From Thermoleophilia bacterium (GTDB lineage: Bacteria; Actinomycetota; Thermoleophilia; UBA2241), in contig DATHSP010000002.1 in NCBI GenBank assembly GCA_035464075.1, forward strand, positions 1 through 31,702: a stretch of DNA of 31,702 nucleotides, written 5' to 3'. Positions 8,625 through 17,148 of this stretch are shown here, in pieces. Position numbers and translations under genes: made by a program. Position 1 is the first letter of the stretch. Each line of letters opens with the position of its first letter. Below the pieces are notes generated by a model that saw only the letters and a list, made by a program, of their open reading frames with translations, was not told the DNA's origin and made no database searches.

Positions 8625-11198
8625 TCAGCTCTTCTTGCCGGTGTCGTCGAGGACGTCCTGCGCGGTCTCGGCCGCGTGTGAGACGGCGTCGACGATGCGC
8701 TTCGCCGCCTCCTCGGCCTTCGTGCGCCGTCTGGTCGGCTGCGTCCTCGCGGCCGACGCCTCACCGCCCCCGGCCTTGGGTCTCGGGGCCGAGCCGCGTG
8801 GCGCCGCCGACGCTCCGGCGACGCCGGCAGCGGGCCGCTCGACCGACGACGCGGTCGTCGTGTCGGCGACGGCCTCCGCGGCCGCGGCGACCGCCCGGGC
8901 GGCGCCGGAAGCGGCCTGTGCCGCCTCGGCCGCTGCGACCTGCGCGGCCTCTGCCGCCGCCGCCGCGACCTGGTCCACGGCGGCGGCAGAGGCCTGGATC
9001 CCTTGTGCGTCCGGCGGGCCGGCAGCGCCGCGGTCTCCGTCGGCCGCCCGGCCTGCCGGCGCCCCGGGCTCCGTGACCGATGCCGGCGACTCAGCCAGCA
9101 ACTGCTCCTTGATGGACTCGACGAGAGCCGAGTGCGCGTCGCTCTCGCCCGCGGCCGCGGAGACGCTGATCCCGAGCTTCTCGGCGCTGGTCAGCGTCAT
9201 CAGCAGGCCGAGCAGGCCGCTGAACGCGTCGCTCCTAGCGCCATCGCCGCCATCGCCGAGCGAGATCACCGTGCTGGGGACCAGCGGCACGCCCGACTTC
9301 TCGATGGCGTCGGCGATGCGCGCCATCACGTCCTGGGCGACCTGGAAGCCGGGGCCGCCGTAGGCCTTCACCTGCTCGTTGACGGCGATCGCCTTGCCGA
9401 TGCCGATCCGGGCCTCGGCCGCGCCCTGCGCCTCGGCCGTCACCTGGATGCGCCGTGCGTCGGCGCCGGCGAGGGTGGTGATCTTTTGCGCCTCCTGCAC
9501 CGCCTTGACGGCGTCGGCGCGGCCGACGTTCTCCTGGATCGAGATCTGGATCGCGCTCTCCGTGAGGTGGGTCTGCTGCGCCGCGGTCGCCTTGGACTGG
9601 TTCAGCTCCCGCTCCTTGTCGGCGGCGTACTGCTGGCGCTCGTAGGTGATGACCTGCTCGTCGGCGATCTGGCGGTCGCGCAGCTGCGAGAGGATCTGGT
9701 CGATCTTGTCGTCGCCCTGCATGGCGCGCGGCGTGCCGATGAGCACCTCTTCGAGACGCAGGTTGTAGCGCGAGAACTTCTCGCGCATCTGCGCGGTCGA
9801 CTCCTCCTGGATCTCGGCGCGCCGCTGGATCAGCTCGATCAGGGTCATCTTCTGGCCGACGTTCTTGAAGTAGGAGGCGACCATCGGGTCGAGGGTCTGC
9901 TCGACGAGCCGCCTGATGTTGCCGAAGCGCTGGATCACCAGCGGCGCTTCGCGATAGGGGATCTGGATGACGACCGAGAGCGGCAGCGTGGGCTCGAAGG
10001 CGTCCTTGGTGATGAGCTCGATCTCGGAAAGGTTCGAGTCGAAGCCGTGCGACCCCGCTTCGCTGTGCATCCACTTGAGGACGAAGTTGGTGACCGGGAC
10101 CTTCTCGACGCGTCCGGCGTAGGTGTTGAAGGCGTACTTGCCCGGCATGAGCGGGTCCTTCCAGACGCCGCGCTTGCCGATGTCGACGAGCTCACCGTGG
10201 CGGAAGTCGTCGCCGCTCTCGTCCTCCCCCTTCTCGCCGAAGTACGAGACCACGACGCCAGTCCAGCCGATCTCGATCTCGGTCTTGGGGATGAACTCGA
10301 CCGTGGCGAAGAGCCGGTTGACGAAGTAGGTGCCGTCGGTGAGCACCTGGTACTGCTTGCCGCGCATGCCGCCCGCGGCGAGGAAGCGCTCGGGGTCCTG
10401 GAAGTTGTTGTGGTAGGTGTCGGGATCGTCCGGGTCGGTGCCGACGAGGGGGGCGATGATCTCTCCCTGCGGAAGCCCCGGGCCGTCGTGGACGGTGACG
10501 ATGGCGACGACGTCGCCGCTCTCCTCGGCGGTGATCGGGTCGGGCATCGTCGCGCCGCCGCCGTCGCCCAGCGCCTGCTTGGCGACGTGCGCCGCAGTCT
10601 TGATGATCTGCTCGGTCACCGAGCTCTCGGTGCCCACGATGACCGGCTTGAAGGCGTCGAGCTCGAGGAGCGCCGCGCTCATGCCGTCGATGACCTGGCG
10701 GTCGGACTCCTCGATGCGCATGTAGTAGATGCGGCTCTCTGTCAGGATGACGAAGTTGATCAGGTTGAAGGCGTAGGTGCCCTCGCGCAGGATCTGCCGC
10801 TGGGGACCGCGCTGGCCTCCGTTGGTGAGGAAGTAGCGCACGTCCTCGAACGAGTTGCCCGGCACCATGCGGCCCAGCGTCTGCTGCGGCCGCAGGGGCT
10901 CACCGTCGCGCGAGAAGACGTAGCCGATCTGGCCCTGCGGGATCGTGACGAGCGGCGCCTTGTGGATCTTGTACTGGAGGCGGCTGCGGAAGTGGACACC
11001 GCCGCGGAGGACGTCCGGCTGGTAGCCCGCCTCGCCGTTGAGGGCAAGGATGGCTTTGTCGAGAGATCCCTTGGAGGACCACTTCTTCTCGACGAGGCCG
11101 ACACGGTCGGGCCGGATGATCCTGATGCCGACGATCCAGTAGAGCAGGATCACCAGTCCGACGACGACGATGGCGACATCGATGAGGATCGCGACCAC
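8625..11198 (-). CDS. Flotillin-family / SPFH (band-7) membrane scaffold protein. Unusually long (about 857 aa), with an N-terminal TM helix, two SPFH-like modules, a flotillin coiled-coil and an Ala-rich Lys-terminated tail.
   Basis: TM helix VVAILIDVAIVVVGLVILLYWIVG. SPFH-like blocks REGTYAFNLINFVIL and PGKYAFNTYAGRVEKVPVTNFVLKW. Flotillin C-terminus (EAQGAAEARIGIGKAIAVNEQVKAYGGPGFQVAQDVMARIADAIEKSGVPLVP). I placed the start at a GTG preceded by GGGAGGGG (near 11198). The ATGs at about 11312 and 11390 are less likely because they lack an SD. Confidence 0.8.
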   Translation of the reverse strand: MVAILIDVAIVVVGLVILLYWIVGIRIIRPDRVGLVEKKWSSKGSLDKAILALNGEAGYQPDVLRGGVHFRSRLQYKIHKAPLVTIPQGQIGYVFSRDGEPLRPQQTLGRMVPGNSFEDVRYFLTNGGQRGPQRQILREGTYAFNLINFVILTESRIYYMRIEESDRQVIDGMSAALLELDAFKPVIVGTESSVTEQIIKTAAHVAKQALGDGGGATMPDPITAEESGDVVAIVTVHDGPGLPQGEIIAPLVGTDPDDPDTYHNNFQDPERFLAAGGMRGKQYQVLTDGTYFVNRLFATVEFIPKTEIEIGWTGVVVSYFGEKGEDESGDDFRHGELVDIGKRGVWKDPLMPGKYAFNTYAGRVEKVPVTNFVLKWMHSEAGSHGFDSNLSEIELITKDAFEPTLPLSVVIQIPYREAPLVIQRFGNIRRLVEQTLDPMVASYFKNVGQKMTLIELIQRRAEIQEESTAQMREKFSRYNLRLEEVLIGTPRAMQGDDKIDQILSQLRDRQIADEQVITYERQQYAADKERELNQSKATAAQQTHLTESAIQISIQENVGRADAVKAVQEAQKITTLAGADARRIQVTAEAQGAAEARIGIGKAIAVNEQVKAYGGPGFQVAQDVMARIADAIEKSGVPLVPSTVISLGDGGDGARSDAFSGLLGLLMTLTSAEKLGISVSAAAGESDAHSALVESIKEQLLAESPASVTEPGAPAGRAADGDRGAAGPPDAQGIQASAAAVDQVAAAAAEAAQVAAAEAAQAASGAARAVAAAAEAVADTTTASSVERPAAGVAGASAAPRGSAPRPKAGGGEASAARTQPTRRRTKAEEAAKRIVDAVSHAAETAQDVLDDTGKKS

Positions 11199-11410
11199 GG
11201 CCCCTCCCGGTCCGAGTGCAGGATGCGGCCGCGCGCGTACCCCCCGGCCACACGTGGCCCGATAGTACCACGAGGCTCGCGGGAGGCTATGCCGCGGCCG
11301 CGGGTGTGGCATAGTGAGCGGCGGTGCCGGCAGCGGCAGCGGACCGGGAGTTGCGCCGGCGGCGGGGGCGCCCCGCCGCCCGGCTGCCACAGACGACCGT
11401 CAGGGGGACG

Positions 11411-11575
11411 ATGCGGAGACTGCTCGTGATGCTGTTCTGGCGCGGCCGCGAGCCGGGCCCGTGGGCCGACCGTCTCTACCTCATCATCGTCGGCACGGCG
11501 ATCATGTTCGTCTTCGTGCGGCTTGCCCTCCTGCTCCAGGGCGTCTGGCCGCTGCGCCTGCCTTTCGGGCTCTGA
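11411..11575 (+). CDS. Candidate small membrane protein (54 aa: MRRLLVMLFWRGREPGPWADRLYLIIVGTAIMFVFVRLALLLQGVWPLRLPFGL)
   Basis: Internal ATG of track ORF 11324..11575, preceded by CAGGGGGACG. One predicted TM helix. About 90% G/C at third codon positions, as in bona fide genes here. It sits in an otherwise empty 600-bp gap between the flotillin and amidase genes. Confidence 0.4.
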   Translation: MRRLLVMLFWRGREPGPWADRLYLIIVGTAIMFVFVRLALLLQGVWPLRLPFGL

Positions 11576-11813
11576 GCGCGCGTGGCGACGACGCGCGCCG
11601 CGGTCGATCACGTGATCCCGGGGCGCCGCGAGCTTCCCGGCTCGACGGGACCCCGACGCCCACTCACCTGCTGGCGGTCCGTCCGCCCGTGACGTACGGT
11701 CAGACGCGAGACGTTCACCCCGGGTGGCGACCGTGCCGGCGAGGTCACGCACGTCGGGCGGCCTGAGGCCGCACGTGCTGCCCGGCGTGGGCGCAGGACC
11801 GGAAGGAGGACGC

Positions 11814-13238
11814 ATGATCCGTGAACTCGGCGAGCGGGTCCGCGACGGGCGCCTGTCGGCAGTCGCCTTGGCCGAGCGGGCGCTGTCGCAGATCGAGCGC
11901 CATGACGGCAAGATCAACGCGGTCGTGAAGCTGCGCGCGGAGGAGGCGCTCGCGGAGGCGCGCGCCCTCGATGGGCGCGCGCGCCGGGGCGAGCGCCTCG
12001 GCCCTCTTGCCGGCGTCCCCTTCCTCGTCAAGGAGACCAGCGACCTCGCCGGGCTGTCGACCACCGAGGGCTCGCTCGTGCTCGCCGACGCGCCGCCGGC
12101 GACCCGCGACGACATGGTCGTCGGGCGGCTCCGGGCCGCCGGCGCGATCGCCGTCGGCAAGACGAACATCCCCGAGTTCTGCTTCGAGGGGTTCACCGCC
12201 AACCGTCTCTTCGGGGCGACGCACAACCCGTGGGCCCTCGAGTGGTCGCCCGGCGGCTCGAGCGGCGGCTCCGCCGCCGCCATGGCCGCCGGCATGATCC
12301 CCTTCGCCACGGCCACCGACGGCGGCGGCTCGGTGCGCATCCCCGCCGCGTACTGCGGCCTCTACGGCCTCAAGCCGACCAACGGCGTCATCGCCCGCGA
12401 CCCCATCCCGGGCTGGATCGACTTCTCCACCCACGGCCCCATGGGTGTGGAGCCCGACGACGTGCGGCTGCTGCTGGCGGTGATGGCCGGGCCGGCGGCC
12501 GGCGACCCGACGGCGCTGCCCGCGCCGCCGGCGATCGCCGCCCGCACGAGGGCTCGGCCCTCGCGCGTCGTCGCCGCGCCGCGGCTCGTGGAGTGGGGCC
12601 CGCTGCCGAGCGCCATCGCCGACCTCTTCGCCGCCGCCGTCGAGCGGTTCGAGCGCGGCCTCGGCCTCTCCGTCGAGCCCATCGCCGCCGCGGAGGTGCT
12701 GGCCGCCGCCCACGTCGGCGACGGCAACGCCGACGACGACTGGGCGACGATCGCGACCTGCGAGCAGGCCCACCAGTTCGGCAGGGAGTGGATCGAGCGC
12801 GAGGGTGACCGGCTGCACCCGGCCTTCCGCGCCGCGATGAAGCACGGCCTCAAGATCACGCTCGAGGAGTACCTCGCGGGGCGCCGCCGCCGCTTCGCCT
12901 ACGTGCGCGCGCTCGACGTGCTCTTGGGCACGGACACCGTCCTCGTCACCCCGACGATGCCGAGCGAAGGCTTCTACGCCAACGGAAGCCGCCCCGGCAT
13001 CGAGGCGGAGCGCACCTCGGACGATGCCTACAACACCCAGGTCCAGAACCTGACCGGCCACCCGGCGCTGACCGTCCCCGCAGGCGTCGCGCCCAACGGC
13101 GTGCCGTTCGGCCTCCAGCTCACTGCGCCGCGCTTCAGGGACGACCTGCTCCTCGACCTGGGCGACGCCTGGGCCGAGGCCGGCGCCGCCGCAGGGGTCG
13201 CGCCGGCGCCGGGCTGCGAGGCGTTCTGGGAACTCTGA
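11814..13238 (+). CDS. Amidase-signature family amidase
   Basis: LAGVPFLVKE, GKTNIPEF, and the GGSSGGSAAAMAAG...TATDGGGSVRIPAAYCGLYGLKPT catalytic Ser-cisSer-Lys block. Start at the ATG (MIRELGERV) with GGAAGGAGG 5 nt upstream. Confidence 0.85.
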   Translation: MIRELGERVRDGRLSAVALAERALSQIERHDGKINAVVKLRAEEALAEARALDGRARRGERLGPLAGVPFLVKETSDLAGLSTTEGSLVLADAPPATRDDMVVGRLRAAGAIAVGKTNIPEFCFEGFTANRLFGATHNPWALEWSPGGSSGGSAAAMAAGMIPFATATDGGGSVRIPAAYCGLYGLKPTNGVIARDPIPGWIDFSTHGPMGVEPDDVRLLLAVMAGPAAGDPTALPAPPAIAARTRARPSRVVAAPRLVEWGPLPSAIADLFAAAVERFERGLGLSVEPIAAAEVLAAAHVGDGNADDDWATIATCEQAHQFGREWIEREGDRLHPAFRAAMKHGLKITLEEYLAGRRRRFAYVRALDVLLGTDTVLVTPTMPSEGFYANGSRPGIEAERTSDDAYNTQVQNLTGHPALTVPAGVAPNGVPFGLQLTAPRFRDDLLLDLGDAWAEAGAAAGVAPAPGCEAFWEL

Positions 13239-13287
13239 GCGGCGGGAATACGGAGAGCGATGTCGTTCCCTACCGTCGGAGGCGCGC

Positions 13288-13803
13288 GTGGCGCGCGAGG
13301 ACCAGCCGAAGCTCGACCCTCGCACCGAGATCGGTCACGTGCATCTCAAGGTGGCCGACCTGGAGCGCGCTGTGGCCTTCTACCGCGACGTTCTCGGCTT
13401 CGATGTGACCGCACGGCTCGGAGGGCAGGCCGCCTTCCTCGCCGCCGGCGGCTACCACCACCACATCGGGCTGAACACGTGGGAGTCACGCGGCGGCGCC
13501 CCGCCGCCGCGTGACTCCACGGGCCTCTACCACGTCGCGATCCGTTACCCGACGCGGGCCGCGCTGGGGCGGGCCGTGCGGCGCCTGAGGGAGCACGGGC
13601 ACCCCATCGACGGAGCCGCCGACCACGCGGTCAGCGAGGCCGTCTACCTCCGCGACCCGGAGGGCAATGGGATCGAGCTGTACTGGGACCGCCCCGAGCC
13701 GGAGTGGCCGCGCGCTGCGGACGGGCGCGTGCTGATGACGGTGGACCCGCTCGACCTGGAAGGCCTTCTGGCCGCCGCTGAGGCTGCCGACGCGTCCGGC
13801 TGA
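13288..13803 (+). CDS. VOC-family (glyoxalase / bleomycin-resistance / extradiol-dioxygenase-like) protein
   Basis: IGHVHLKVADLERAVAFYRDVLGFDV...GGYHHHIGLNTW...YHVAIRY...LREHGHPI...EAVYLRDPEGNGIELYWD is the VOC beta-alpha-beta-beta-beta signature. Confidence 0.75.
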   Translation: MAREDQPKLDPRTEIGHVHLKVADLERAVAFYRDVLGFDVTARLGGQAAFLAAGGYHHHIGLNTWESRGGAPPPRDSTGLYHVAIRYPTRAALGRAVRRLREHGHPIDGAADHAVSEAVYLRDPEGNGIELYWDRPEPEWPRAADGRVLMTVDPLDLEGLLAAAEAADASG

Positions 13804-13940
13804 TCGCCGCGGCGCCGGGCGCGGCGGCCGGTCACGACCGCCCTTCGTCCGCCGCCGCAGCCTGTTGCGCCCCTCCAGGTGTGCAGTACGATGGCGCCGC
13901 CGGCCGTCGCGGCCGGCCGGATTCGTCACGCGGGAGGCAT

Positions 13941-14795
13941 ATGGACGACGGCGTCCCACTGAGAGCGCTCGCCGCCGAGCTGGTCGGCATCTACCAGGAC
14001 GCCCCGACCCTCGAGGACGAGGAGTACGCGGCCGAGGCGATCGACGACCTCCTCGACGCTCTCGACGACGACAGCGACGACGAGGCGCTGGTCGCGCTCC
14101 TCGACCTGCCGGCGACCGAGCTCACAGCTCCTCTGGTGGACGACGTCATCAGCATGCTCGCCGACACGGGGACGCGGGTCGTCGAGCGCTTGCTCGACGT
14201 CGCCCTGACGGGTCTCGAGCCGGCGGCCTCGCGCGCCCTCGACGCGCTTGACCGGATGGACGACCACGACAAGGCCGACGGTCTCTACGACGTTCTCACC
14301 GGCCGCGGTCCGGAGGACCTGCGGCGTACGGCGGCCGACGAGCTGGTGGCGCTTGGGCACGCCGGCACCTCGCGCCTGCAGGAAGCCTTCGACGACCCGT
14401 GGGCCGCCGAGATCGTGCAGGCCGCCGTCGAGGCGGCGGGCGGTCGGCGCGGGGCCGGCGTGCGCGACGCCGGTCGCGGTGCGAGCGCCGGCCCGATGGA
14501 ATGGACGGCGGCCGATTACTCTGCGGCCGGCGTGGCCGGGGGCTCACCGGCGCCCCTGGTCGGCGGGTCGCTCGCGGCCGCCGACGCATCCGCAGCGGTG
14601 TCCGCCGACGAACCGCCGCCGTCGGCCGACGCGCCGCCGCCGACCGACGCGCCGCCGCCGACCGACGACTCGTGGGCTGCGCCCCCCGGCGAGTCGGCGG
14701 TGGGACCGGAGCGGCCTCTCGGCCCCGACGAGGACGTCCTCGAGGCCGAGTATCGCGCCTTCCTCGAGCGCTTCGAGCGCGAGTCTGGCGCCTGA
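13941..14795 (+). CDS. Hypothetical highly acidic protein with a C-terminal PPP(S/T)DA repeat
   Basis: ATG preceded by GGGAGG. About 25% Asp/Glu. No recognisable catalytic motif. The repeat PPPSADAPPPTDAPPPTDD sits near the C-terminus. Confidence 0.5.
   Translation: MDDGVPLRALAAELVGIYQDAPTLEDEEYAAEAIDDLLDALDDDSDDEALVALLDLPATELTAPLVDDVISMLADTGTRVVERLLDVALTGLEPAASRALDALDRMDDHDKADGLYDVLTGRGPEDLRRTAADELVALGHAGTSRLQEAFDDPWAAEIVQAAVEAAGGRRGAGVRDAGRGASAGPMEWTAADYSAAGVAGGSPAPLVGGSLAAADASAAVSADEPPPSADAPPPTDAPPPTDDSWAAPPGESAVGPERPLGPDEDVLEAEYRAFLERFERESGA
14611..14668. repeat. Three copies of an 18-bp tandem repeat (GCGCCGCCGCCGACCGAC) encoding APPPTD units
   Basis: Read directly from the sequence. 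Confidence 0.6.
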
Positions 14796-14910
14796 CGCTT
14801 CGGCCGCCGGCCGCCGCGCGCGCCTGGTCGTCGCCAATCGACATGGCGCGTGAGCGCCCGGACCCGCGCCTGCGGTACGATGGGCCGGCGCCGGAGCGCG
14901 CACGGACTCC

Positions 14911-16077
14911 ATGGCGGGCACAGAGGACAGAACGGTCGCACGGCCCTACCTGCTGCCGCAGGGCGTGATCCTGCGCGCCATCGCCTACCTCATCGACTCC
15001 TTCCTCGTGGCGGCGGCGGCGTTCGCCCTCTTCACCATCGCCGGGGCCGAGGTGCCGGACCCGCCGAGCGTGCTCGACTGGACGGCGCTGAGCGAGTATC
15101 TGGCCACCGACTTCGGCTTCCGGCTGCAGCTCGCCGCCCAGGGGGGGCTCATCGTCTACGGGACGCTGGCCGAGGCGCTCTGGAGCCGCACGCTCGGCAA
15201 GTACGTCCTCGGTCTCGAGGTCGTACGCGCCGCCGACGGCGGCGCCTGTGGCTGGCGCGGCGCGATCGTGCGCAACGTACTGAAGCCCTTCGATCTCATC
15301 TTCGCCGGCATGCCGGGCGCCCTCGTGGTCATGGTGACGCGGCGGCGGCAGAGGCTCGGCGACATCGCCGGGGGGACGCTCGTGGTGCGCCGGCTGCCGG
15401 CGCTTCCGTCGTTTGCCGGCATGCCGATGCCGGGCGTGCTCAAGCGCTGTGAGGGCTGCGGGGGCCTGGTCGAGGCCGCCGGCGGCTGCCCGAGCTGCGC
15501 GCGGCCGCCGGCGGCCGCCGACGTCCCGCAGCCGATCGCGGCGATGATGGCCGTCGGACAGGCCGCCGCCGGGTTCAGCGCGGCGACGCAGGAGTTCCTC
15601 AGCGCCGAGGGCGAGTTCAGGCGGGCCTCGGCCGACGAGTACGAACGGCTGGAGGCCGGCGGGCCGGCTGAGACGGCCGACGTCGTGGCGTCTGAAGATG
15701 CGACGGCGCCCGCCGATGAGACCGCCGCCGCGGATGAGACCGACGCCGCGGATGGGACCGACGCCGCGGATGAGACCGACGCCGCGGATGAGACCGGAGC
15801 CGCCGGCGAGGCCGAGCCGGCCGACGACGACGAAGAGTACAGCGCCGAGTACACGGCGGCGTGGAGCGCCTTCCTCGAGAAGGCGCACACGCTCCACCGC
15901 CGCTACGCGCTGCTCGAGGAGGCGGCGCGCCAGGCGGGTCTCTCGGTCGAGCAGGCGGCGGGGATGCAGCCCGACCTCACCCGCGTGATCGATGAGCTCG
16001 CCGCCTACCTGGGGGCCGAGGACGACGAGGCGGTGTTCGCGGCGTTCAGCGCCCGGGCACTGGCGCCGCCGGCGTAA
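14911..16077 (+). CDS. RDD-family membrane protein with a CxxC-x13-CxxC zinc-ribbon and an acidic ADETDA-repeat C-terminal region
   Basis: RAIAYLIDSFLV...RTLGKYVLGLEVV...RQRLGDIAGGTLVV are the RDD motifs flanking two TM segments. CEGCGG...CPSC follows. Then ADETAAADETDAADGTDAADETDAADETGAAGE. Confidence 0.7.
   Translation: MAGTEDRTVARPYLLPQGVILRAIAYLIDSFLVAAAAFALFTIAGAEVPDPPSVLDWTALSEYLATDFGFRLQLAAQGGLIVYGTLAEALWSRTLGKYVLGLEVVRAADGGACGWRGAIVRNVLKPFDLIFAGMPGALVVMVTRRRQRLGDIAGGTLVVRRLPALPSFAGMPMPGVLKRCEGCGGLVEAAGGCPSCARPPAAADVPQPIAAMMAVGQAAAGFSAATQEFLSAEGEFRRASADEYERLEAGGPAETADVVASEDATAPADETAAADETDAADGTDAADETDAADETGAAGEAEPADDDEEYSAEYTAAWSAFLEKAHTLHRRYALLEEAARQAGLSVEQAAGMQPDLTRVIDELAAYLGAEDDEAVFAAFSARALAPPA
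15709..15810. repeat. About five copies of an 18-bp tandem repeat (GCCGCGGATGAGACCGAC) encoding A-A-D-E-T-D
   Basis: Read directly from the sequence. Confidence 0.65.
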
Positions 16078-16227
16078 GGCGCCTCCAGGGCAGAGCGCGC
16101 GGCTCGTCCTCCGGCGCTCGCGCTCCATCGGGCGCCGGCCGCCACGGCCCGCAGCGCCCGAGGCGTACCGTCGCGGTTCCCCGGGCACCATGGACGTGTC
16201 GCCTGCCGTGCCATCAAGGAGTGACCC

Positions 16228-16731
16228 GTGACCGACGACACACACTCGACCCGCGCCGGGGCAGGACCCCCCGGGCCGACCACCTTCACCAAGGACGAGA
16301 CCGAGCTTCGCGCCCGGCTCACGCCGCGCCAGTACGAGGTGACGCAGCGCGAGGGCACCGAGCCGGCCTTCGAGAACGAGTACTGGGACGAGCACCGCGA
16401 CGGCCTGTACGTCGATGTCGTCTCCGGTCGACCGTTGTTCAGTTCGCAGGACAAGTACGACTCGGGGACGGGATGGCCGAGCTTCACCCGCCCCATAGAC
16501 CCCTCCGCCGTCGTCACCCGGAGGGACTGGAAGCTCGTCCTCCCGCGCGTCGAAGTCCGCAGCGCGGTCGCGGATTCGCATCTCGGCCACGTCTTCAGCG
16601 ACGGACCCGCGCCGACGGGCCAGCGCTACTGCATGAACTCCGCCGCCCTGCGCTTCATCCCGCGCGAAGATCTCGAGCGTGAGGGCTACGGGGAGTACCG
16701 GGCGCTGTTCGAGGACGACGACGAGGGCTGA
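16228..16731 (+). CDS. msrB: Peptide-methionine (R)-S-oxide reductase
   Basis: YEVTQ.EGTEPAF...Y...[27 protein letters not shown]......[21 protein letters not shown] is the MsrB/SelR signature including the catalytic Cys in [12 protein letters not shown] lies 7 nt before the GTG. Confidence 0.9.
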   Translation: MTDDTHSTRAGAGPPGPTTFTKDETELRARLTPRQYEVTQREGTEPAFENEYWDEHRDGLYVDVVSGRPLFSSQDKYDSGTGWPSFTRPIDPSAVVTRRDWKLVLPRVEVRSAVADSHLGHVFSDGPAPTGQRYCMNSAALRFIPREDLEREGYGEYRALFEDDDEG

Positions 16732-17148
16732 CGGCGCCTCCGGCCGGCCAGTGGCGGCTTAACCCGCTCTCGACCAAACGCAACGCCGCTTCACGGCGCG
16801 TTCACATCGAACGGGCAAGCTCCTCTTGCGCCCCACAATGGGGGGCATCAGAAGGCGGCGGCGGTCACCCCCCAGACCGCCGGGCCGGTCTCGAATGTCG
16901 GTGCGGCCCCACCGAGCACCGGCCGTCAGCGGGCCTCCTGTGCGGCCCGTTTGAGCCCGCCGAGCGGACAGCCGGGGCCGCCTCCGGGCGGCCCCGGCTT
17001 CATCCCCACCTTCCCCGCATCACCCACAACCGGCCTCCGCGGGGAGCCTGCCGTGACGTAAACGGTTTTCGCCGTCCTTACGCAAGGAACACGTCGATAG
17101 ACGCCGGCGACGCCGGTCCTGAAGACGTGCACGGGAGGAGGTGGTCCC

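Noticed and set aside
5754-9076. ORFs 5754..6695 (-) and 6908..9076 (+, 722 aa) plus several 60-140 aa ORFs across the DUF1697, GNAT_CG and oxidoreductase region
   Set aside because: They are antisense to genes with clear motifs (the CxxxxC disulfide oxidoreductase, DUF1697). The 722-aa ORF is Arg/Pro/Gly-rich throughout and spans two real genes on the opposite strand.
9003-11429. 808-aa plus-strand ORF and the 279-aa ORF at 9235..10074 antisense to or out of frame with the flotillin gene
   Set aside because: Shadow frames of the flotillin CDS. They are low-complexity D/L/G/R-rich and have no SPFH or other motif.
11745-16590. 526-aa (11745..13325 -) and 764-aa (14296..16590 -) antisense ORFs over the amidase, acidic-protein, RDD and msrB genes
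   Set aside because: Each spans several real plus-strand genes with strong signatures (GGSSGGS amidase motif, MsrB RYCMNS). The compositions are R/G/P-rich, which marks them as GC-driven artefacts.
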